Numbered from the stretch's first letter, positions 24,133-37,110 are shown. The stretch is 64,000 bases of DNA from Perkinsus chesapeaki ATCC PRA-425 (GCA_013115145.1 JAAPAO010000057.1:35373-99372); one strand, 5' to 3'. Numbers and translations are program-made. Notes: generated by a model not told the origin, from the letters alone.

Positions 24133-25481
24133 ATGTCATCATTTAGAGTCTTTGTAGACCTTCGGGCTGAATCCATTAGTATTATAGATTCCTTAATAAC
24201 CAGGGAAGTATCATCTCGGTTAGGCCGTCATGATGGTATATGCAATATGGCTTTAACTGGTGAGACAGCTCCAAGTAAGCATAAGGCCTTATACGTCTCC
24301 CCCTAGCATCTGGTCAGGTTTCGGGCTTTCTATTAATGAGAACTGTGACCCTACTGTACAGAGTGATCACCTAGCTGCATTCAGACGACTGGATCCTAAT
24401 GGTTTTCAATCGGGACCAGTGCTGGCTAGAGGATCGTTGTCGTTACCTATACGAGACGGCAAACTTAAGAGAGGTAGAGGAGGGGGTATGGGGAGGTAGT
24501 TAAGGGCTTATCAGGCACATGGCAAGGTATATACCTTATGAACTGCTCCCATAAAGATTCAAGAGCTGTTATCGCTGTTACCTGCATTCCAGCGGTTAGT
24601 ACTAAACACTTTGAGGTATCAGGGGCTAGAGGGGCACATATAATACCTAGGGAGAAATATGATAGGGTAAGGGAAGGGGGCTGTTAGGGGGAGGAGAGGA
24701 GGAGGATTCATGGGCTTAGATGCTGGCTGGTGATGATGATGTTGTTATTAACTTTACAGAGCTACATACATCGGCATCATTATCAATATTAGATGGTGAA
24801 GGAGAGGAGGCTAAGACACTTGAAGAGACTGTGTCAAAAGTAGTACCAGAGACTTGGAACTATGATATATTCCAACACGTTTATGAGGGACCAGATGATA
24901 TGCCAGGTAGTAGGGCTCGAAAGGTCGTGGGTTCAATTCCTGGTGCAGGCCATATGAAAAGCACACTTCTGGGGTGCAGCCATTCTTTGTCTTCCTATGA
25001 GTTAAATGATCCAGAGGGCGCCCGGCCGTATTTGACAGAGCATAGGAACTCTGGTGGATGGGGAGTAGGTCACACTCGAACACTCGAGCTTACAGCTGTT
25101 AAGGCTTCTAAGAACCTCACCACGGCCAAGGTTAAGGTAAAAAGATATTTCCGAGGTTGATTGAATGCATCAGAAGTATCTTAGGTTGATGAGGAGGTTA
25201 TGAATCAACTTGATTTAGCGTGTGATAAATATAGTATGGTTCATCTTAGTGTTTATGATGGTTATTCCCTAGTAGTTGGCTGTGATATAATACCGTCTGT
25301 GCGCCCGGAGATTTTACCCTATGCAGCTGTAGGGAACGGTCGTACTGTGGACGTCCCTTTAAAGCAAGGATGTAAGGTATGGGTAGTACCACCAAGGATG
25401 TCAGGTGACACTATTATGGAATGTCAATTATATGCTACTGTAAAGATTGTCTACTTTGACCCTAAACCTGATAAAGAGTAA
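24133..25481 (+). CDS. UPF0047/YjbQ-family protein with three tandem YjbQ-like domains
   Basis: Domain 1: LSINENCDPTVQSD..SLSLPIRDGKLKR|GTWQGIYL. Domain 2: RGAHII..LHTSASLSI..YEGPDDMP|GHMKSTLLG..LTEHR. Domain 3 (degenerate): VDEEVMNQL..MVHLSV..GRTVDVPLKQG. Confidence 0.8.
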
Positions 25482-25741
25482 AGCCTAAGAGGTACTCCAT
25501 TAAGAGTTTATTAAATACCTTGTTCGCTGCTGTGTGTTTCATCCTCCGTCCGTATGTGGTGTTGATTAATACAAGTATACTGCAATGCACGGATAACCCT
25601 GATGCCATTTTGCTGTATTATGCATTGCTTACTATTATTAAGAACCATTTCGATTCACATAGTAAGCCAATATTATACTAACCAAACAGTCGAGTAGCTC
25701 TTCATAATGGACGGTAACTCTGACACTAGAGTTTTTTTCTG

Positions 25742-26695
25742 ATGTCATGTCCGGTCCCTCCACCTATCATCTCTAATGGGTCTACCTTGCACTCCCCCCC
25801 AAGGCACCCATCGAAGCTGGATATGCCACTACAGCCTGGGCCAGTGCATCTGGAACCGGGCTTCCTATCACAGCTCATCTCCGGTGGTACCGCTGCAGTT
25901 ATCGGCAGAACATGCACCGCTCCGCTAGATAGGGTAAAAATATTAATGCAAGTGGAGGGGAAGGCAACAGCAGCAGCATCTACGGTTGGTAGGGGTAGCT
26001 GGGTGATGGTACTAATGAGGACGGCAAGGGAACAAGGGTTAGCCTCATTATGGAGGGGTAACATGGCCAACCTTATAAGAATCTTTCCGACACAGGCTTT
26101 GAGGATGACTATATTCTCCAGGCTCAAAGAGCTTCGTCGAAGTTATGGCATTCAGACTACACAACAGACCATTGTACCAGCGCTGCTGTCGGGAATGATC
26201 TCGGGGGCATCAGCTTGTTTTCTAATGTATCCTTTGGATGTTGCTAGGACAACTATGGCAGCTCAGGCATATCAGACGACGCTTACTGAGGAGCTGAGGA
26301 GGATGGTACGGGAAAGGACAATGTTCAGAGGCCTAGGGGTTAATATGATAGAGATTGCACCTTATGTTGGGGTGTCATTAGGGAGCTATGATTATATGAA
26401 AGAGCGGTATGAGATGAAGCATGGCCATCTTAGTGCCTGGGATAGGCTACTAATAGGCACCTGTAGTGGTATATTAGCTGTATCCACCTGTTTCCCTTTG
26501 GATACAGTTAGACGTTATATGATTGTACATAAAGTGCCTTTCAAGAAAGCAATGGTCGAGCTACTTGGAGCTGGTGGACCAATAAGGCTGTATAGAGGTC
26601 TACCTGTATCAGTGCTAAAGGCAGCTCCTACTGCTGGTATAACACTGATGGCTAATGATATGTTAAAGCAGGCCTTTGCAGCTATAGGACGGTGA
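25742..26695 (+). CDS. Mitochondrial carrier (SLC25), intronless
   Basis: Three carrier repeats with PLDRVK, PLDVAR and PLDTVRR; LWRGNMANLIRIFP. Confidence 0.95.
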   Translation: MSCPVPPPIISNGSTLHSPPRHPSKLDMPLQPGPVHLEPGFLSQLISGGTAAVIGRTCTAPLDRVKILMQVEGKATAAASTVGRGSWVMVLMRTAREQGLASLWRGNMANLIRIFPTQALRMTIFSRLKELRRSYGIQTTQQTIVPALLSGMISGASACFLMYPLDVARTTMAAQAYQTTLTEELRRMVRERTMFRGLGVNMIEIAPYVGVSLGSYDYMKERYEMKHGHLSAWDRLLIGTCSGILAVSTCFPLDTVRRYMIVHKVPFKKAMVELLGAGGPIRLYRGLPVSVLKAAPTAGITLMANDMLKQAFAAIGR

Positions 26696-26873
26696 TGGTA
26701 GGACAATGAAGAATAGGGATAGTAATATGCACAGAGGCAGCGGGAGGCAGCAGGAGGAGGAAGAAGAAGAGGAGGAATGCCTCAAAGTTATAAATTTTCT
26801 AATTCGGCCAGTTACGCTGTCTTGGGTTACTTGTAGATGATTCTGATAGCTGCTGTTGCTGCTTTTAAATAAA

Positions 26874-29401
26874 TGTCCATCAGCCTGAGTAGGTCCCCTC
26901 GGGACATGTCCTCCCTTCGTATGGCCTGTAGTACGGGTAACAGTGTTGGGCCGGGAAGTTATGATCCAAAGAAGCCCAGGGGTGGCCCTATTACGGTAGT
27001 GGAGACAAGTTCGACATCGGACAAGTGCTTTTTGTAATAGGTTTATGAGGAGGTTAATGAAGATGGTACAGTAGAGACAATTCAGCTATTTAAACGAGGG
27101 ACCGAGGTCAGGAGGGACTCATCTGAGGAAAAGTCGGTATGAGTATGATTAGGTACCGTTCCAAAGCCTTGAGGAGAAGTTTGCTGTATATAATAGAGCT
27201 AATGCATCTAAAACACCAGGTAAGGGTCATAGGATAATAATAACATCATCATCGACGTTTGGACTTGCTCGACAAGTTTTCACCTTCATGTCACCGCAGC
27301 CATCCGCATGGCTACTTCCGCTTAACAACAATCGCAGCATCTTTGTTAATAACTTACAATTTTGGGCAGGTCCTGGTACATACGCACCGATGTTGTCATG
27401 CTCTAAAGATTGTGGTAAATCAGCAGGATATGGTCTTAAGTCAAGGTCAGCTAGGCTAGCACCAGTAGCACCAGGAAGCTCACAGTATACAGCAAGCACT
27501 GTAGTGGATAATCCCGGTAATACAGGAGTAATAGACATGGTAGAGGTGATGATGGTCAGGGCCAGGGGCATACTTTAGTGGTGATGATATGACCAATGGT
27601 CCTAGTGTACGTCGACGGTCAGAGGCACCAATAAGGATACCAACTAGTAGAGTGTCAGCAAGTATACCAGTTAGAAGACTATTGCCAGGGGTAAACAAGG
27701 GTGAGATTGTTGTTGATAACTTTTATTATTTGTTATTAGGATACAGTAAAGGATTCAGCAATACCTACGATGGACTTCACAGGCGACAAGGATGACACCT
27801 GTGGACCTGATAGATACTCAATAGAGTCGGCTAGAAGGGTTACAGGACCCGGGGTTAGGGATGCACAGTGGCACAAGTATAGGGAACAGAGGAAGGTCTT
27901 CCAACCGAGCCACTCTATATCCAACGAACTGCCAGACCCGGTGGTGCCTGGACCAGGACAGTATCATGGGATGAACCATAATAATCGTAAACTGCCATCA
28001 TTGGGAACTAGTCAGTTCCGAAGTAGAGTCCCTATGGCTCATCAAATAGTAGTGTACCCTGAGGGCAAGGTGGGGGGCAGCAGCTCAAGTCAGTATGGTG
28101 ATGAGTTGGTCTCTACTGCTGCTAATACAGCGACTACAACAGGAGGCTTTACCGATGGTGGCAACTACTGTGGGCATTATAGCTCAGCAAGGATGGCTAT
28201 AGCTGCCCATAAGGCCGCAGTCGCCCCGTTCTCATCAAGTGTACCAAGATCAGATGGTTGGGCACGGACCGTAGAGGCACCATACACTACATCACACCGA
28301 GGTGGCCCTGGACCGGGGGCTTACCGTCAGCCCCGATCAAACTCACTAAAGGATGCAGTGACAGTATTGGCCAGGCCAGGAGGCAAAGCTGCTGGCACTG
28401 ATAGCTTTACTACCAAAACTATTAAGCATAAGCTTACTACAGTGGAGGGGGTGCACGTCCGTATGGTTGATGATCCTGTGGTGACACTTGGGCAACATAG
28501 GAGGTATTATGGCGTACATAACCCTTTGAACATGGCAATAGTATCCGAGGCACTTGATAACCGTGAACCTATGATATCATTTAATACTACTGATGGAAGA
28601 CCGTGCAATAAGCCTTTACTTCAGACCAGTCCAGGACCAGATAAGTATGCCAATGGTGAAGCCCTTTCCATATCCAAAGCTACTATGAACAGGGCCACTG
28701 TCGGGCGGAGAGGGGTCTTTGGAACCTGTGCGAGTCGCAGTGCGGGCTCGGCTTTTGTAGACAGCAAAGATTCCCAAGGGAAACGTAAACGGCATGAGCT
28801 GGAAGAGGAGATGGATAACCTTAATTCACCTCGAATGGAGCCTCGAAAGGGCGCCAACTATCGAATGATTAAGGTAGTCAGAGACAACTCTATGAAGAGA
28901 GTGGTCGAGCCACCAGTAAAGTGTCAAGGTCCTGGCCCAGCATCCTACAGTCCACGGGAACCAGAGGGTGGGGCGTATAGGAACCCTTATAGACTTGGAA
29001 AGAAAAATCATCTCAGTTTTGGGAGTGCTAATGAGAGGTTCGGTAAGAGTGGTGGCGTTTTTATGGCGGCCGATGTACCAGGACCGGGTCAGTATAGTAG
29101 CACACAAGTGGGACCGAAACAACCAGGCGGAGCAGCCAATACGGCCAAGTCTAAACGGTTTGGTAGTGGTGTTGTTGGTGTTGACTATACTGCTATTACA
29201 TCTACAGATGGGGCAGTAGGGCCAGGGTCTTATGACCAACAGAGGGCTGATAACTGTTCGGTGATGGCCTCTAAGACACACAATGTTACTATGAATACAC
29301 CGTGGGCACAGCTTAAGTCAGCAGCAAAGAATAATAGGAAAGTAGTAGTACGACCGAACCTTGTACGGTTTAGAGGCGTTGCTGGAACAGTACGACAATG
29401 A
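26874..29401 (+). CDS. SHIPPO/ODF3-STPG-type PGPGxY repeat protein (axonemal)
   Basis: Many PGPG(S/A/Q/T)Y units: VGPGSYDP, GPGTYAP, PGPGQYH, PGPGAYR, PGPDKY, PGPASYS, PGPGQYS, VGPGSYD. Confidence 0.85.
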
Positions 29402-29559
29402 CGAGCATAATGCAACATTGCTTAGATGTACCATGGTGGCCTCTGCCCCCGCCGCCCTTCGGCAGCAGCATCATCATATTGATGTTCCTATTCGACCTGT
29501 TGCTTTGTGTTTATCTATGTTGTCTTGTAGTAGTGGTAGCAGTGGTTGCTATACTGTAT

Positions 29560-32500
29560 ATGGGTGGTCCACCTCCGCCGCCGCCGCCATCATCTAATAA
29601 GAAGCAACTGCTGCAGTCTAGTGGTATAGTACCACAAGGCTACCGTATCCTGGATAAAGCTACATTGAACAAGGTAATAACCAGCATGGAACCTTCAGGG
29701 AACTACGAACTCTATGTAGATATACTTCTCAACCTCAACAGCAGATAGTTATAGACCAAGACCGATTGCCGACGCATTGGCAGGTCAGAGTGAATCATGT
29801 AAAAAGATACATCAAATTGACAAGGAACTCGGGCATAGAGTATCTCAAGNNNNNNNNNNNNNNNNNNNNNNNNNNNNNNNNNNNNNNNNNNNNNNNNNNN
29901 NNNNNNNNNNNNNNNNNNNNNNNNNNNNNNNNNNNNNNNNNNNNNAATATCATCGATAGTGTTATAACAAACTATTACTGTCATCACTCAATGTCACCTG
30001 TACCGTCAACATCATCATCTAAGCTTAATACTAGTGGAGTTCACACACCACAATTCCTAAGCTCGACTACTACCACGACATTATCGGGCCTTCAAGAGGG
30101 ATACTCCTCTGAACAATGGGGCCCTTGGAGGAGCCATGGCCTACTGTTACAACAGTCAATACGACAGTTGAAGTGGCAAGTCGGGTCATTGACTTGGGCC
30201 TACCTATTAAATCTGTTAGGATAACGCCGCTGCTATACTAAAACTGATGGCTCAGTACTCATCATCAGTGAAGTCACAGCAGCAGTCATCACTGAGTAGA
30301 GATGAATTCATTCGCCTTTTACATGGTAAAGGATTATTATTATATCGCACTATCTAAATAGGTGGTATTGTATTGCAGACCATAGCGTATTGGATGATGA
30401 TGCTGGTAGACGAAGGATAGAGGCACAACACCTTTGGGATGTATTTGATAGGGATCAAGATGGCCAACTCACAGAGACAGATCTCCTTGCTGGGTGGTGA
30501 ACTGCTGCTGATGATGCTGCTTCTGTTCTTGTTGAAGAGGTGTACTCCTCTCCATTTAGGTTGATTGCTGTGGACCCCTTTACACCGCATGATATAGAGT
30601 CACCCAGTGGTATGCTGCGAATGCAGTTTATATTCCTTTACTTTGACGAGGATAGAAATGGTCAACTTGATCTCAAAGAGATAACAGCCTTATTGATGCA
30701 TCTACGCCAGCTAAGGGCAGTGTAAAGCTCCACCAAGCCATGCCTGAAGCTCATACTGTATTGCAGGACATCCCCTTCAACAGCCTCCTCCTCCTCCTCC
30801 TCTAGGGCCCCTGATGCTGCTGGCGCTGCTGCCTTAACTGACCTTCGATCATCCTGTATCATAGAGGCCAAAGCTCTGCTATCTGAGGCGGCCTCTACAC
30901 CGGCGGCAGCAACAACAGCCCTAACTTATAATGCATTTTATCAAGCAGTGAAGAGGGGTGCTATTAATGGTAGAACGTCTGAGTGCTGCTGCTAAGAAGA
31001 TGATAAACGCTCATTAGGGACGAGTCAGATTCTTCGTGTACCTCGGTCTCTAGCACAACAGGCCTTACGTCGACGCCATTCAGCCACTGCTGCTGCTGGG
31101 GAGTCATCAAAGACTAATACGTACGTTGGTACTTGAGGTACTCTACCAGCCGTTGAGTGGCTTGATGGGGCTTCTAGGCGTATCTTTCTCAACACTCGTT
31201 TGAGTGTTGGTGTTATTCCTTAGTGTCATGTTGTAATAGTCCCTGACTAAGCCGCGGTATTTTTCGGGGCGTACACTTCTGAGGTGGTATATCAGGACAC
31301 CACCATCATCTGATGGTAAGAAGAGCTCAAATTCCTCGAACTCATCAGTGACACGGCCAAGACAAGGATATAAAAAGTCCAAGACGCCAGACCTACCTCT
31401 ACCACGGGTCCGCAGTAGAGGTAGTATCTTTATGTGAGTGTGTGCTATTAACATATTTCTTAATAGTAGGTAATAATATGCTCCATTCCCGCCCTAGTAT
31501 CATAGAGCCTTCATTTTATGCTGATGATGATGTAGCATCAGGAGTGAGGTTATTCTATATTATTAAACTGCATCCCTCGGTAGGTACCTAATGGATACAC
31601 TCAACAGCAACAACAACAAGAAGAAGTAGTAGCCCGCCGAGTAGCATTGACTTTACCTAGTCCCCTAGTAGATGCTTTATATTATCAGGTAAGATCAGCA
31701 ACAGCAGTATCGGGTAGCCCTACAGTAAGCTCGAATCCTATGATACGTTTATCTGCTAATTTGGCCCAAAGACAAAAGAGAACAGAAGTCTTTGCATTGG
31801 AGCATCGATTGTTGACGCGCCTAATGGAGTTTACTTCGCCACCACAGACTCGTAGGACTTCTGGTCCATGCTGGGGTGACTCTGTACTGCTGCTGCTGCA
31901 GGTATTGACTGGAACAAGCTGAACCTGTTCCCTGGTGGTGCTAATGACATGCTTACTATTATAGACCATGCTATAGCGGTACTTAGTATGGAAGATTCAT
32001 TGGTATCAATACCCCTACCTTGTAGAGTATATGGTGATATACATGGACAGTTACCGGTAAGAAGTAATTTCTCTGCAGTACACTAGTGGAATTAATCTGC
32101 CTTATTGACCTGGCCGCTGGGGATTTTACTGCTCCGCCTTCCTTTCCCAGTATCTTTGTAAAGGTCCTTCTAAGCCTATTTTACCCTAAGGGGATTTAAC
32201 AATGCACTGAAATATACGGTCAGAACTAAGAGAATCGTTGCTAGAGTCTGTATTAGATATCGTTTAGTATTGTACCTATTTCAGTATAATCTATATTCCG
32301 CTCTGCACTTATACGATTATCTCTCAGGATCTGGTACAGTTCTTTAATAAGTTCTCCTGGCCCCACACCAGAAAGGGCGACATTTTCTCCATGAACTATG
32401 TATTTCTTGGTGACTTTGTAGACCGTGGTGCATTCTCGGTAGAAGTAGCTGCCTTATTGTTCTGTCTCAAGGTGGTGAAGTCAACAACATCATCATCTGT

Positions 32501-34088
32501 CCCTTTAGCTCGTATATGTTTAAGGTTATCTATCCAACTAAAGTAGCACTGGTACGTGGAAATCACGAAGATAGATCTATGAACGCCAACTACGGTTTCC
32601 TAGCAGGAGCCAAGCAACGCTTTGGTCCCGTCCAAGGTACCTAACAATACCCGACTTTAAAAGATGCTAATTCGATATTATAGGGGAGTCTGTGTGGGAG
32701 AGGGCCAATGAGGCATTTGAATACCTTCCTTTGGCTGCTGTTGTTGAGACTAGAGATGCTCCTTATAACAGTCAATCAGGGCGATGTCTACCACCAGTGT
32801 ATGATAATAATAATAATCATTACATATCACCTAGCAATAACAATAGGGTGCTTTGTATACATGGAGGTGTGGCAGCAGAAGCATTCATTAATATTACGTT
32901 AGCTGGTCTTAATAGGTATTGGTGATAATATTATATCATTAGAAGACCTCTCTGGCATCCCAAAGCCGATAACTATTCCAGCATGCTCAGTAGCTCCAGC
33001 CGCATCAACCGACGAGCTTTATCCAGGTTGAAACCTCAATATGCCATATTCATTAAAGGGCATCTTCAGGCACTACTTGTCGGCGTGAAAGGGTTATTTT
33101 AGATGCTTTGTGGAGCGATCCTACCGAGAATGACAATGTGGGGGTATTCACAATATCTATTACTATACTGTCATATTTAGGTATTGGGAGTACACCTGTC
33201 CCCTCGTGGGCAATCGACTTGCCGGTTTGGTCCTGACAGAGTAGCTGAGTTCTGCGAGCGTAACGACCTCAAGCTCATTATTAGAGCTCATGAATGTGTT
33301 AAAAGTGGTCATGAGTACGAACTGCATCCTCTATGACGGCGGCATCTCTCAGTGACATGATGTCTCTGCGTCAGGTACTTTGCTTCTGGTATGTTATTAA
33401 CAGTCTTTTCGGCTACTAATTATTGTAATGTATACCAGAACGATGGTGCTATGATAGTCCTAGTAGTGGACCCTGAAACAGGGGAGGTTAGGATAAGGAA
33501 AAGCAGGTTATTAATATAACTGTATATATTGTAGATTGATGAGCATGCACAAGTGATCAAGTGCGGGGAGTCTGGACAAGATACATCAGTTGGATGGAAT
33601 GCATCACAGTTCCGTAACCCATCACCACTTCGTAATGGTGGAAGAGATATCACCATTCCTGAGTACTCAACACAACAACAGCAACAGCCACCGTCATACA
33701 GTACCCTTCTCACTTCAACCCTCTGTATTGCTGGATATTATGTGAGATCAGGTCTATCCAATGTGATTAACGGTGGCTATACTCTGCCCTTAGCAGCAAC
33801 CTCTTCCTCTTACCCAGCAACTCAAAAAACTAACCAATGTAAGACCGCTTTGTGTCGCCTGTCCCCATTTTGTCATCACTCTTTATAAAGTGTGTCGACA
33901 CTAGCGTTGATTTAGATTACCAAACTGTCTCCTATCAACCAGCCCCTCAACAGCAGTTCACTGCCACCGTACAGCAGCAGCAGCAGACTTCGTACCCTTC
34001 CTCTGGCCACTACCATAGCCCTTTCCTTCGTCCGGTGTCCTCTGCATCCCGACTCAGCAGTGGTGGTCTACCACAGCACGCCGCATGA
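29560..34088 (+). CDS. PPP-family Ser/Thr phosphatase with N-terminal EF-hand(s), PPKL-like catalytic core and a Q/S/P-rich tail
   Basis: YFDEDRNGQLDLKE (EF-hand); GDIHGQ, GDFVDRG, RGNHE, CIHGG, LWSDPTEND, FGPDRV, IIRAHE, FSATNYC. An assembly gap lies within the gene. Confidence 0.9.
29850..29945. other. Assembly gap (N run)
   Basis: Run of N. Confidence 1.
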
Positions 34089-34294
34089 TTATTGTTTTCA
34101 TTAGTAGTAATTAGAACCCTGAAGGGGCCGCCACGAACCGCCAGCAGCAGCAGCAGTATCATTCAAGAAGTAGCTTAGCATGCATAATCGAAGAAGTAAA
34201 TCTTCCCAGTCAATAGTATTAATAGTGTTGTGTATACAAGTACTGGTATTGGTGGTGTAACATACATGTAGATTGATTGTGTTATTGTCCCTTG

Positions 34295-35179
34295 ATGTCT
34301 CCTTGGGTATCTCTATTATCAACACTGCTTATCTGTTTGACCCTATTCCAAGGAGGACAGTCTGAATGTGTAAGCCTATTATCTCTTTCAACCCCTCCAC
34401 TGATTTAATAAAAATTAGGTCTTATCTGCGGATCCTGATAGTCAATGCAATGGGCACGGTAAATGTGTTAAGCCCGCTGGAGGATCGGGCTTCATGGCCC
34501 CCTCTGATATAGGCGAATGTCAGTGCCTTAATGAGTGAGTATCTAATTACCTCTTACCTTCACAACGGACTTAACTCAGTTACACTGGAAGTGATTGTTC
34601 TTTTAATGAAGCTGATCAAAGAGCAAAACTCATGAACGCTACCGATGGTCAGACTACAATTCATAGGTACAGTCTTATCATTTTCAAGTTAGACATCGCA
34701 GTCATTATTTCAGGACTACCGTAATACACACTCAACCCACTGTGGTCCAGCGTACAGTTGTCCATAGAACAACCATTATACATCATCATCAGGTTAGTGT
34801 GGTTATGTAGCCGCCCTTCTACTATTTTAACAGGCACCAGTAGTTGCACCGGTAGCTCCGGTAGTGGCTCCTATACCTGTATTCATCCCTCCACCAGTAG
34901 CCCCAGCACCATCAGTTGTTATCGAACAGCCTAATCCTTATCCTGCCTATGGTGGAACTAGCAGTGTTGTTATTGTCCATCACACGCCATGGTATGACCA
35001 TTGGTATGTAATCCTATGTATGGTCTTGCTGGTAAGTCTGAGATATTTACCGTCATTTTAAAGATTTCCTTCAGATCATCCTTCTTGCTGTTCTACTCTA
35101 TTTCTTGTGCTGTAACGATACCTCAGATGATGAAGTGGTTGATGCATATAGTGTAAGTAGATACCCCCTTTTAGTGTAG
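34295..35179 (+). CDS. Type-I membrane protein: signal peptide, one EGF domain, Thr/Val/His- and Pro-rich stalk, TM helix, short acidic tail
   Basis: MSPWVSLLSTLLICLTLFQGGQSEC|VLSADPDSQCNGHGKC..ECQCLND|YTGSDC; APVVAPIPVFIPPPVAPAP; WYVILCMVLL|IILLAVLLYFLCC; NDTSDDEVVDAYS. Confidence 0.75.
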
Positions 35180-36099
35180 TTATTAGCTGCCTTCTATTAG
35201 CCGGTCGATGACACTACCACAATCACTACAACCACTACGTATGTGACACAGAATGTACCAGCGAATCAGCAAGCTATAGTGGTCCATCAGTAGATAGGAT
35301 AATGATGATGATAATGATGATGATGATGATGCACTAAAAAAAGCAGCTATCTCATCAACTCCCAGCATCAAAGGGGCCCACGGAGCTGTTCCTAAAGCTA
35401 TTCCTTTGTAGCGTCGGTATGTTTCCTTCATTACCCAGTTAAGTGTTTAGTTCTCATTTACGCTAGGATACTGCATTGTATACATTAGTTAGACAGTAAC
35501 ATACAGTACATGTCATCTAGAATTACGCGCCAAAAGCGGGTAAACTCTTCCCGAACCAGGTCGAATTCCGTCTTAATTCCTTCTCGGCCGATTACCGATA
35601 AAGCCAAGTCTCACTCGCCAAGTCAGTCAAGACTGGGCATCCGAGACTCGGACAAAAAAGTTTTCAGCCGTTTAACAAGTTTAACAGGCTAATAAGTTTC
35701 AAGCAAAGAAGCCAGCATTAACGAACACGAGACAGGTCATGGTTAGCAAAGTTTAGTTGATACTGAAAACATTAACAACCGACGGTTGTCAACCGTCGTT
35801 GGTAATATTGAAAGGTTCTACTCTAGTGCCTCAAAGACTTTAAGGTAATGGATATACAGTTTGGGACCCGCAATCGGGTAAACCAAGTCATATTGAATAG
35901 AAGCTATTAGCTTCAAGCTAAGTATTTAATCTCTATTGAGGATTCCCTAAGTCTCCTTTACTAGAGATCGTCTAGTCTCATGAAATAAAGCTACGGTTCT
36001 GTTTCAAGCAAAAGTGAACGGACTTCGATTATGTCAGGCACGCCGTCGCCTTTAGAGGATTAGGTAGAGTTGGCCGTGTGGGATTAAGTACATACATAC

Positions 36100-37110
36100 T
36101 GCATGGGCCTACAATAGATGGCCGCTATATAGTACACCGATTGACAGCAGCTTTACCCTTAGGCTTCTCGTCTTTTTTCCTTACAAGTCGCATGTATCCT
36201 CCTTCCCCACACTCTATGCCCCACCAGTTCTTGAGAATCCAACAACTAAATTAAATGACCATAATGAGTTGGCAACAGCCTTTACTTACTCTTTCCCAAG
36301 TTTTTCGTCCGTTCCATACCCGGCTAGTAACATAGCATGATTGGGCTTGCCAAAGCAGTTGTCACCTACCAACAGAGGTAGCACTCGCCCACGTAATATC
36401 AGAGACAACAGCAACCCGAAAGGCATTCTCCCTATGCACTGTCACACATGGTATCAGAGCACGTTTTGAAGAGGAATCATTCTCCCTTACTGTCAAGCAC
36501 CCCTCCTTCATACGGTTGGAATTCTGGGATCTTCGTATAGACACTGACAGCCACTGGGCACTTGTCCAAACTCAATAGCTAAATTGATTGCCGGAAGATA
36601 GTTTCAGTCACTTCTGTGCAACATGTGTAGTTTGTTATCCAGGACTGTCGGAAGGGTTGGTTTTCGAAAAAAACTCAAGACTTACAGTACCTATCGAGTA
36701 CTTATTCCCTACAACACTGGGTGGAGTGAGCTAAGGACTGGTGACTCAGTAGTGCCCGACTAGAGAGATTTCCTCCATTTTTATCAAGTTTGTAACACTA
36801 GGAGACCGTTATCACCCCCTGCTAGGCGAGACTCTACGTAGTTACGTCACCGGCTAATAGGCGAGCGCGATCTCTTACATTCATCGTCATCAATGGCTTG
36901 TTAAATGTACCAAGTGACAAGTTTTTCGTTTTAATACATCCATCTGCCACATATCACCCACGTAACCGCAATATGACGATGTTCGGTTTCAGTGACTAAA
37001 GAGTTGGCAGTAGATTCAGTGATAAGAAGGCCCATTCGACCGCACTCATTAAAAGCCACTTCACTGTCAGTACAGTGCTGGTGGTGGGTACTTCGGGTAA
37101 GAAATTCTGA
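36100..37110 (-). pseudogene. Decayed papain-family (C1A, cathepsin-like) cysteine protease
   Basis: Broken CGSCWAF remnant (TGCGGTCGAATGGGCCTTC, 37026-37044); CPVAVSVY..FQPYEGGVLD; KPNHAMLLAGYGTD|CWILKNWWGIECGEGGYMRL; contains stops and frameshifts. Confidence 0.7.

Noticed and set aside
35183-35431. 82-aa - strand ORF
   Set aside because: Largely made of ATC/GAT microsatellite sequence; no family signal.
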